A stretch of 64,000 nt of DNA from Macrostomum lignano. Taxonomy: Eukaryota. How positions within the stretch are numbered: position 1 is the stretch's first letter; each line of letters begins with the position of its first letter. This document shows positions 1 through 9,586 of this stretch, one piece after another. Where the stretch lies: assembly GCA_002269645.1 (NCBI GenBank), contig NIVC01000655.1, forward strand, positions 248,001 to 312,000. The letters run 5' to 3'. Made by a program: the position numbers and the translations under genes. The notes below the pieces were generated by a model. The model was not told the origin of the DNA and did no database searches. It saw nothing but the letters and a program-made list of their open reading frames with translations.

Positions 1-1105
1 GCGAGTAAAAATCACGGCTATATTACACTACGAACGGGCGTCCTACGTTTATTCTCTATACGTTTTATGCGAGTTTTTATTAAAATATTTAGGATTTTTT
101 CATCAGTAAATTTTACATAAATTAAAATAAAGTAAAATACATTTTAACAAATTGGCGCATTTCAGTCGTGCGTCGTCAACACAATGCCAGAAGCAGCTAC
201 GATACGGCCTGGCACGCACTATATGGTTCATCCAGTGACTTTATATTTACGAGCTACATTTATTAATGTCTGACGACTTGTTCTTTTTCTTATATTACTG
301 TTTTCAATTAGTCCAATTTAAATGTAGAAATTTCCTAATTGTCCAAGCGCATGGTTCTGTAGCTCCGTGAAGGCTAACTTTGTTTACAACTATAAAATTC
401 CACGATATTTGACTGCCAGCCTGCCTTTTTGTATGCTTTTACAGTGTAACCAAGATTGCACGCTAAGATTCCCCCTTACAGGCATGCCAATGGTTAGTGT
501 TGCATTTACCTACACTGGCAGTCTAATGACCAAAGCGCATCTCATCGACACTGAAGCCTTCTACGGCAATTTGGATCTGCTTCTGTTTTCCTAGCCAAAC
601 CCCTCACCAGCTTCAAGTCTAGTCACCCAGTCGAACAACTTCGCACCTCAGCCCGCCCTATTGCACACTGTCTGTTTAAATCAGAATAAATTTATTGCAC
701 TAGTACCAATCCTTTACCGCTTCAAGCCTACGTATTTAAATCAATCGTGTACAAAATGCTGTTCTAGGCTCTTGCACAACTGTACAGTGCTTAAATTGGG
801 ATCGTTAAAAATACACTACAAAAAAAGTGATTTTCTAGTTGACGACGATATTGTCACTATGTTTATTCTTTTGATTGAATATGATTCATTACTAGCATTG
901 CTTTCGCATATGAAATTAGTAATTAGTCTACTTGTCTGAATCGTACAGTCACAGTCGCTTATTTTTTACTCGCTGTTACCTCTAATAATTATAGGGTCCA
1001 AACGATATTTTTACTTGACATTTTGATCCCATACTGATTATTGATTACATACTCTTTCGCTTTTCACTTCAGGCGCCCAATTCGCAGCTCGTGTCCTCTT
1101 CAAAC

Positions 1106-3364
1106 ATGAGGGGTGCGAATTCTGGCTCTCCAGCCAGCCCCCAGTCGCCACTGCAGTCGCCTCAGTCGCCTCAGTCGCCGGAGTCACCTCGCTTTCAGAA
1201 CTATCGGAGCCGACTGTTAAGTCCCATTGAGACCGGCATACTGTTCAACTTGCTGGGCGATCGCTGCACCGCCCTAGCAGCCACCGTGTCTCAAATATTT
1301 TACGCTCAACAGGGCCGCTGGGTGCCGAAGGAGACTGGCGTTCTCTGCTTCGTTCGCGACGCTAATCGTCGCTCATTTTTCCTACGCTTCTACGATATAA
1401 TAAGACGCCAATTGAAATTCGAGCAAGAGATCTATCAGGGCATGGAATACGAAAGCCAAGACGACACATTTCACCAGTTTGAAGCCGACGATCAAGTTGT
1501 GGGGTTCAACTTTGAAAATACGGAAATCGGACGCGCTGAAGCTGCTGAGATCGCCAATCAGCTCAATCAACAAGTTGAGCGGATGGGCCTTCGAGAGGCA
1601 ACTCCGGAGCCTCTGTCGAGCCCCTCTTCAGGGCCCAGCAGGTCTGGTACGCCTGGAGTTGGCAAAAGTCCCAACGTTAAAAGCAGCAAGAAGAAAAAGG
1701 GAAAAGACAAGGAAAGCACAGATAATTCTCCGAAAATGAAGACGGGCGCCCGACTGAAGGCATTCTTCAAGCGGCACAAGCCAGGCAGGAGCAAGGACCG
1801 GGATAAGACCACCGATGGCGCCGGCAAAAGCAAGAAAATCCGCCCCGAGGATATTAGCGGTCCGACTAACGTGCGCCACGTGTTGCACGTTGGGTACAAC
1901 GATACTCAAAAGACAGGCGCCCAGTACCAGATGGACATCGCTAAGGATCCGGCATTGAAGTTCCTGCTTGGAAAACTTGGCCATGATTTGGATAAGACTG
2001 TGCAGTCAAGTCATGGCAGGGAGCAAATTTCAGAAATTGTGAACAGCATAGGCGGTATGGAACAGGTACACGCGGTTGCCGCTGCTGAAGGCTTTGATTC
2101 TCCGATGACACCTGCGTCCCAGGTGAGCGCCCGTTCTCGAGCGTCCGAGAGCTTCTATGAGACTACACCACCTGTTCTACGCGTGCACACAGACAGACAA
2201 GAAAGTCCAATTCACAGCACTCCGAGTCGAGGGAATGACACAACGGCTTCTGCACCTGGCAGTCCTGAAAGCAGTGAAAAACTGAAGATGAGCGCCTGTT
2301 CTCCAGGGTCCGATAGCTACTGTTTGAGTACACCTGCTGTTCCGAGCGTTCACGCACAGACACCCGAAAGTCCAAGTAAAAGCTTTCTGAGTCGAGGGAA
2401 TGACACAAAGGCATCACCTGGCAGTCCTGACAACAGTGAAAGCAGTCCGTTTGGCCAATCCAATGATCCATTGAATGCGGCCTTGCGGGCCTTCAAGCAT
2501 GACAAGTTGAAGAATGTCAAAAAGACGAACGCTACTCCGACAGGAGAGATACCTCCCGCTCCGCCGCCGCCTCCTCCGCCTCCTCCACCGCCTCCACCCT
2601 TCGGCGCCAAGACATCTGGCGGTAACATCCCACCTGCTCCGCCGCCGCCTCCGCCCCCTCCTCCCCCGCCTCCGCCGTTTGGCGCCAAGACATCTGGTGG
2701 TAACATCCCACCTGCTCCGCCGCCTCCTCCACCCCCTCCGCCACCGCCTCCGCCGTTTGGCGCCAAGACATCTGGTGGTAACATCCCACCTGCTCCGCCG
2801 CCTCCTCCACCCCCTCCACCACCGCCTCCGCCCATCGTCATCAAGAAAGGTGGCGGACCCATCCCACCTGCTCCGCCGGCACCGCCCGGACCTAATCTTC
2901 CCCCCGGCGCAGTGGCCATGCCAGGCATTGGTGGCGGCGGCTTAACTGCTGAGACGATGCAGCTTGGCAGAGCAAAATTGAATCCGGTTGGCAATCGCAA
3001 TCTTCCTGAACGGAAGGTAGAAAAGAACCCTGTTACTAATCAAGACTGCGTTGTGAATGAAATGAAAAGGAAGCTAGCCAATCGGAAGGGCAGTTCCAGT
3101 CCCGTTGTGGACAAATTCGACAAGGATAAAGACACATCAAAAGAAGAAGAAGAAGAAGAAGCTCCCACAAATTTTAAGGACATCTTAAATAAGTTCAAGA
3201 AGACAGATAAGACGCCTGCGCCTGGTACAAAAATTGCCACTGACAATCAGCGAGCCGAGCTGTTGAGTAACTTGAAATCTGCTGTGAATAAAATTGACTC
3301 GGTGGAAAAGGACAGTACAGAGTCTGATGATGATGATGAGGACGAAAGCGAATGGGAAGACTAA
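1106..3364 (+). CDS. WASP: WASP-family actin nucleation-promoting factor, intronless paralog (752 aa)
   Basis: First ATG at 1106, preceded by acceptor-like ttttcacttcAG (1061-1072). WH1 domain (LFNLLGDRCTALAATVSQIF...W...TGVLCFVRDANRRSFFLRFYD...FHQFEADDQVVGFNF), basic region KKKKGKDK, CRIB ISGPTNVRHVLHVG, four polyproline tracts, WH2-like segments, central helix and acidic tail DDDDEDESEWED*. Confidence 0.93.
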   Translation: MRGANSGSPASPQSPLQSPQSPQSPESPRFQNYRSRLLSPIETGILFNLLGDRCTALAATVSQIFYAQQGRWVPKETGVLCFVRDANRRSFFLRFYDIIRRQLKFEQEIYQGMEYESQDDTFHQFEADDQVVGFNFENTEIGRAEAAEIANQLNQQVERMGLREATPEPLSSPSSGPSRSGTPGVGKSPNVKSSKKKKGKDKESTDNSPKMKTGARLKAFFKRHKPGRSKDRDKTTDGAGKSKKIRPEDISGPTNVRHVLHVGYNDTQKTGAQYQMDIAKDPALKFLLGKLGHDLDKTVQSSHGREQISEIVNSIGGMEQVHAVAAAEGFDSPMTPASQVSARSRASESFYETTPPVLRVHTDRQESPIHSTPSRGNDTTASAPGSPESSEKLKMSACSPGSDSYCLSTPAVPSVHAQTPESPSKSFLSRGNDTKASPGSPDNSESSPFGQSNDPLNAALRAFKHDKLKNVKKTNATPTGEIPPAPPPPPPPPPPPPPFGAKTSGGNIPPAPPPPPPPPPPPPPFGAKTSGGNIPPAPPPPPPPPPPPPPFGAKTSGGNIPPAPPPPPPPPPPPPPIVIKKGGGPIPPAPPAPPGPNLPPGAVAMPGIGGGGLTAETMQLGRAKLNPVGNRNLPERKVEKNPVTNQDCVVNEMKRKLANRKGSSSPVVDKFDKDKDTSKEEEEEEAPTNFKDILNKFKKTDKTPAPGTKIATDNQRAELLSNLKSAVNKIDSVEKDSTESDDDDEDESEWED

Positions 3365-3459
3365 TCATTCCGATGCTTTACCCGCCACATAGCAACCAGA
3401 CCGTCACTATGGATATGCATTGTCATTAATGAGTCGTTTAAAGAATCGCCTTATTGCAG

Positions 3460-4628
3460 TCCTGAGAATCGTCGCGCCCCAATTCAGTTCTCAGAATCAC
3501 CCCAATTCGGTTTTGAGAACCGCCCCAGTTCAGTCCTGAGAATTATTTCAATGCAGTCCTGAGAATCATCCCAATTCAGTTTTGAGAACCGCCCCAATTC
3601 GGTTTTGAGAACCGCCCCAGTTCAGTCCTGAGAATTATTTCAATGCAGTCCTGAGAATCATCCCAATTCAGTTTTGAGAACCGCCCCAATTCGGTTTTGA
3701 CAACCACCCCAATTCAATCCTGAGAATCATTTCAATGCAGTCCTGAGAATCACCTTAATTCAGTCCTGAGAATCACCGAATTCAGTCCTGAGAATCACCG
3801 AATTCAGTCCTGAGAATCACCAAATTCAGTCCTGAGAATCACCGAATTCAGTCCTGAGAATCATCCCAATTCAGTCCTGAGAATCACCCCAATTCGGTTT
3901 TGAGAACCGCCCCAATTCAATCTTGAGAATCATTTCAATGCAGTCCTGAGAATTACCCGAATTCAGTCCTGAGAATCACCCCAATTCAGTCCTGAGAATC
4001 ACCCCAATTCAGTCCTGAGAATCACCCCAATTCAGTCCTGAGAATCACCCCAATTCAGTCCTGAGAATCACCCCAATTCAGTCCTGAGAATCACCCCAAT
4101 TCAGTCCTGAGAATCACCCCAATTCAGTCCTGAGAATCACCCCAATTCAGTCCTGAGAATCACCCCAATTCAGTCCTGAGAATCACCGAATTCAGTCCTG
4201 AGAACCATTTCAATGCAGTCCTGAGAATTACCCGAATTCAGTCCTGAGAATCACCGAATTCAGTCCTGAGAATCACCGAATTCAGTCCTGAGAATCACCG
4301 AATTCAGTCCTGAGAATCACCGAATTCAGTCCTGAGAATCACCGAATTCAGTCCTGAGAATCACCGAATTCAGTCCTGAGAATCACCGAATTCAGTCCTG
4401 AGAATCACCGAATTCAGTCCTGAGAATCACCGAATTCAGTCCTGAGAATCACCGAATTCAGTCCTGAGAATCACCGAATTCAGTCCTGAGAATCACCGAA
4501 TTCAGTCCTGAGAATCACCAAAATTCAGTCCTGAGAATCACCAAAATTCAGTCCTGAGAATCACCAAAATTCAGTCCTGAGAATCACCAAAATTCAGTCC
4601 TGAGAATCACCCCAATTCAGTCCTGAGA
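3460..4628. repeat. 22/23-bp minisatellite (TTCAGTCCTGAGAATCACC[G/CC]AA)n
   Basis: About 50 near-identical units starting ~100 bp after the WASP stop codon; degenerate variants GAGAACCGCCCC at the left end. Confidence 0.97.
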
Positions 4629-5247
4629 ATTCGTAGTTACATCTGTTGCTATGTGCTGGTAACTCTTGGTATTTATCTTTGCAAAGTTGCTGAAACAAGC
4701 TGAACGAATTAGTGCCAGCAATAATCTATCGAGTCTGCTCCCATGACGACGTCTCTTATGGTGCATTTTAATATTGCTTTTCACAGCTTTTCGCTGCATT
4801 TGGCTTTTCGTTTAAAACAAAGTCATTTATTTTTTTTTAATTATTTTATTTCAATCTTATTTTGTGACAAGCTTGTTGAGAAAAGATTTCTGTTTCTTTT
4901 TGGTTTTACTCGCTCGTAATCTAAAACTCAAATTTTCATTTGATATAAATAAACATTGATGGTGAAGCTGCTGGCCTTTGCTACAAGCTTCATGGCTCAC
5001 AAGTCAAGGTGACAAAAAAAATACATCTTTTGATTTTCAATAAAAAATATCGATGTCATTTTTTATACTTTTTCTGATTTAAAACTGTTGCTTTTATGTG
5101 GCCCAAATCGTTCAAAAATCAATGAAAGGGATTAAAAAGGAGATAGTCTTAAATAACTTTTATTAATAATTTTGTTGTGTACTTGTTTTGAATATTGTTT
5201 GCCTTGCTGAAGTTGATGTGTCTTATGGGTGAGTTGGCGTTAAAATA

Positions 5248-5966
5248 CGAGGGGTGTCCCAGAAGTAGTGTCATTTTTGCTTGCTTCCACAAGTATTAAT
5301 GTGTGTTAAAAAATCATATGCCCTAAAAGTTAGCGGCTTATTTTAGCTTTCATGCCACGAAAGTCCGATTTTTATAAGTGCTTCCTGCTGAAACCAGCAT
5401 GCATTTGTTCGCATACCCTAGCCATAGAAATGCACACCGCATAGTGCTTCTATGCTCACTCAGAAGAAAGCCACAAGCAGAGCTGATTAAGCACAGAGTT
5501 GCAAGACAGCAGCTGCAAGATCTGTTCCAGTCAAAAAATGCCCTGATATTCACGAAAACCTGACCCGCTTTCACGGACCCGACTCCCGATGCCATCAGTC
5601 GACGAACGGTTTACAGGTGGATCGAACAGTTCGAGGCTGGCCAGCAGTGTGTTGCCAACTTACCCAAAATTTAGGGTCCATGACTGGAACAGATCTTGCA
5701 GCTGCTGTCTTGCAACTCTGTGCTTGATCAGCTCTACTTGTGGCTTTCTTCTGAGTGAGCATGAAGCACTATGCTGTGTGTATTTCTATAGCCAAGGGTA
5801 TGTGAATTAATGCATGCTGCTTGCAGCAGGAAGCACTTATAAAAATCGGACTTTCGTGGCATGAAAGCTAAAATAAGCCGCTAACTTTTAGGGCATTTGA
5901 TTTTTTGTCACACAATAATACTTGTGGAAGCAAGCAAAAGTGACACTACTTCTGGGACACCCCTCG
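5248..5966. mobile_element. Tc1/mariner-derived foldback MITE (719 bp) with TA target duplication
   Basis: TA|CGAGGGGTGTCCCAGAAGTAGTGTCA at 5246 and its reverse complement ending ...GGGACACCCCTCG|TA at 5968. 286-bp inverted arms (5248-5533, 5681-5966). The 147-bp spacer encodes a frameshifted mariner N-terminal HTH remnant (DIHENLTRFHGP / AISRRTVYRWIEQFEAGQ). Confidence 0.9.
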
Positions 5967-6146
5967 TATTTTTATTTCTTAAAATATCCCTTCTGTCTAG
6001 TGGCAAATAGAGCTCTGAGATCGCAATACATAGATCAAAATTATTAGTCCATTCTCCATCGTACATGCTTCGTAAGTTCTGCGTAAGTTTCAGCGGAGGT
6101 AGCTAACAATGACATTTAGCTATAGTCAATTCTCCGGTAATTCCGA

Positions 6147-7924
6147 GGGGTCGCCACCATAAGCTCGAAAAATCACTTCGTCGAAAGTTTAGCATCCACC
6201 ATCACAAGCTCGAAAAGTCGCATCGTCGAAAAGTTTAGCAACCACCATCACAAACTCGAAAAGTCACAATCGAAAAGTTTAGCAACCACCATCACAAGCT
6301 GGAAAAGTCGCATCGTCGAAAAGAAACCACCATCACAAGCTCGAAAAGTCACATCGTCAAAATTTTTAGCAACCATTAATATAAGAGTTAGAAATCTGAA
6401 GTTTTGACCCTAAGTTAGAAGATAGGTAGAAATTTATGAAAAGCCCAGGCACAGTGAAGGGCGAGGCAGAAGAGTACAATGGAACCCCTAGATAGCTATT
6501 AGAAGAGCAAACAGAAGCAGCTTTAAGATAATTAATCAACTGTCAAGTCAATTTGAATAGCCGAATTTAACAAAGCCTCTTTTCATTCCAGTCAGTAGCG
6601 TCACCCCGCCGCAGGCACAATGGCGACTAAACCGGCCGGGAAAAGCAAACTGAGCAGCGGCCAGCTTAGAGAACAACGCGGCACGCGGCATCTTCTGGCG
6701 CACCCTGAGGGAGAAAACGTGAGGCCCACCTAGAGACTTCTACCCAACCCGAAGCTGCCCAAGAAGGCGAGATCAACCCCAAGCTGCCTGACAACCGAGA
6801 GAAACAGAGGACTATTTAACCATTCATGAACAGAGTGTAGAGACGGAAAACTAAGCACTTTTTCTATAATCTTTCTATCCCAAATTTCATCCAACTCAAC
6901 ACATAGATTTGCGAAAGCCCGAATAATCTCTAACCTTCACACCTAGCAACCTACTAGAACTAACTAAATTCATGCACAATTAGGGGACTGAGTCCCAGAT
7001 TGTTATTGCTCAAAACCCCCCGCCGTTGCTAACAACGCGAAGACACCCCACCGGCGGCGGGGGAGGCCAAACATGCTAATTGGTACAAATAGACGCTCAT
7101 CTCAAACTGGAGCGGCGCTTCGTTTTTTTTCCTGCGCAGTTATTCGATCTTGAATTGCTCCATTTGAATTAGTTTCTGGATTATCCAGTTGGCAGAAACC
7201 CGAGTCTCAAATCGATCATTTGCCTTAACTGTGACATAGAGCAAATCTTAGGGAGACTCCAACTCAGCTTAGATACTAGGAGATCCCGTCAGTTTATACG
7301 GTCTTCTCTGACGGCCTGATAGGAGAGACTAAGAGCTGTAAGAACCTTAGACCGCTAGACATCTATCTTAAGAAAGTGAGAACGCGAACTCCAAGGCCCC
7401 AGAGAAAGACGCGTATAATTAATTACAAGCTCGAAAAGGGTTAGGGTTAGGGTTGAGCTTGAGCCTTAGGGTTAGATACGCTATAGTGGGTCGCCATCTA
7501 AGCTCGAAAAATCACATTGTCGAAACAGGGGCCCCATCACAAGATCGAAAAGGCACATCGTCGAAAAGTTAACCCTAACCTGGGCTTTTCGAGCTTGTGA
7601 TGGTGGATGCTTTTCGACGATGCGACTTTTCGAGCTTGTGATGGTGTGGATGCTTTTCGACGATGTGACTTTTCCAGCTTGTGATGGTGGTTGCTAAACT
7701 TTTCGACGATGTGACTTTTCGAGCTTGTGATGGTGGTTGCTAAACTTTTCGACGATGTGACTTTTCCAGCTTATGATGGTGGTTGCTAAACTTTTCGACG
7801 ATGTGACTTTTCCAGCTTGTGATGGTGGTTGCTAAACTTTTCGACGATGTGACTTTTCCAGCTTATGATGGTGGTTGCTAAACTTTTCGACGATGTGCCT
7901 TTTCGAGCTTGTGATGGTGACTCT
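6147..7924. mobile_element. Foldback-like non-autonomous element with inverted subterminal tandem arrays
   Basis: Forward units ACCACCATCACAAGCTCGAAAAGTCRCATCGTCGAAAAGTTTAGCA at 6147-6372; reverse-complement units at 7585-7924. TTAGGG/CCCTAA tracts at 7437-7476 and 7570-7580. Direct repeat TTCCGAGG at 6141-6148 and 7925-7932. Confidence 0.7.
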
Positions 7925-8466
7925 TTCCGAGGTACGTGGCTAATGAGAGAGCATAGTTAATAGCTAGAGGTCTCTCTGCTCGCTACCACACGCACTAGAT
8001 TTGGGTGTTGTGTTGATCGATAAATTCACCGCACTCCTATAGAAGAATGGTCTTGCCTATACGCTTTACCGCTAAAAACGTTTTTTAACATAGTCGAGAG
8101 ACCTATCCAGAGAAGCGGATATGTATGTATGTCGTGTTGCGTGATTCCTAAATAAAATCTGAATAGATCGAAACTGCTCTTACGTAAAACGTACAGTTGA
8201 TCAGCCATGGTTTTTTATAGTGTATTATAGTAGCTTTCTATACATATCGGCGGCAATAAATTGTCTTGGTTATGTCGTGACTTTGAGTGAATTGAGAGTG
8301 AAATGACAGGAGGATGAAAGAATCTCTCACCAAAAGTAAAAGGTTTATCTGTACTATTAAGAAAAGTTGTTTTCTAAACAAAAGTCAGGGTTATAAGAGC
8401 TAATGGAATTGAATCAATCGTACAGCAGGGGGGGCAAAAGGTCGGTCAAATTAGCGTGGCTGGGTT

Positions 8467-8530
8467 TGCTGCTGCTGCTGCTGCTGCTGATGAGAATTGT
8501 TGTTGTTGTTGTTGTTGCTGTTGTTGTTGC
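8467..8530. repeat. Compound (CTG)n(TTG)n microsatellite
   Basis: Directly visible trinucleotide runs. Confidence 0.9.
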
Positions 8531-9295
8531 TTTGGTAACCCAGCCACTCCGGACCGACCCATCGATATTGGTAGACTTTCACCCATATATACCTATCAAT
8601 CATGATGGCGACATTTCTAACATTCAATAACAAATTTAAACTTCAAGTTCAAATAATGCTACTAACAGTAAAAAGTGTTGAGATTGAAGCTTTTCTGCGC
8701 TAATACAAAAAACAAAAAACAAGCTTCAAATAATTTTTGTGTATGCCACATGATTCTTTAAAATTTTGCGAAATTACTTCAATTTTTTCTGCGTAATATC
8801 TATACGGCCAACATCAAAGACTGCACAAAATGGAATGAAAAGGTACAATGTTCATAATTTATCAGTTTTCTTGTATAGTTAGAATAATTTAGGGATTGCA
8901 TACTGTTAGCATGATTTTAATAGCACTCGGTTTGATAAATAATTAAATTAGGTTGCAAACATGTTAGAATTAAATAATAGTAATGATGTCTTTATTTGAT
9001 CAGCTATAGTTATGAAGCACGAAAAATAAGACTGAATACAGCCGAGCGATCAATATTAAGGAATCACAAATAAGTATAGTAAATTATTTAATTAATAAAT
9101 AATAAATATTTATGCAAGATGAAAAATTGATTTGACAATCTCATGTACACACACAGGTGCGCTAATCTGTTCTAAAATAATAACTTTTTCATTAAATATT
9201 ATTGTATCTGTTTTTGCGAAATAAAGTGCTTTGCGAAACAAGTCAATTATCGGTAAGTCATCGGTATGTTCCATCCTTCAATTAACTGCTACTTG

Positions 9296-9586
9296 AATCA
9301 ATCAACCAATCAACCAACCAACCAATCAATTTATCAATCAGTCGATCAATAAATAAATCAACCAGTGAATGAATGGATGAATCAAACAACCAACGAATTC
9401 ATCGACCAGTCAATCATTCAACCAGTCAACCAATCAATCAATCAATCTGAAGGAATGATACTCTACACAATCAATCAATCAATCAACTAGTTAACCAGTC
9501 AATCAATCAAATAAACAATAAATGTACGGATTGTTTTCTTTATTCATAAAATCAATATCTGGTTAAACAATCAATCGATCAATAAA
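9296..9586. repeat. Degenerate (TCAA/CCAA)n microsatellite in the presumed WASP-2 3' UTR
   Basis: Repeated atcaatcaaccaatcaacc motifs immediately downstream of the minus-strand stop codon at 9587. Confidence 0.75.

Noticed and set aside
1-973. GCGAGTAAAAAT at the window start and its reverse complement at 962-973 as TIRs
   Set aside because: Only ~12 bp match, the motif recurs elsewhere (about 4903), and the left flank is outside the window.
7437-7580. TTAGGG tracts as a chromosome end or fusion site
   Set aside because: Only 2-3 hexamers, embedded in the foldback-like element.
8403-8633. Signal-peptide-like poly-Leu/Val ORF
   Set aside because: Hydrophobicity comes entirely from the (CTG)n(TTG)n microsatellite.
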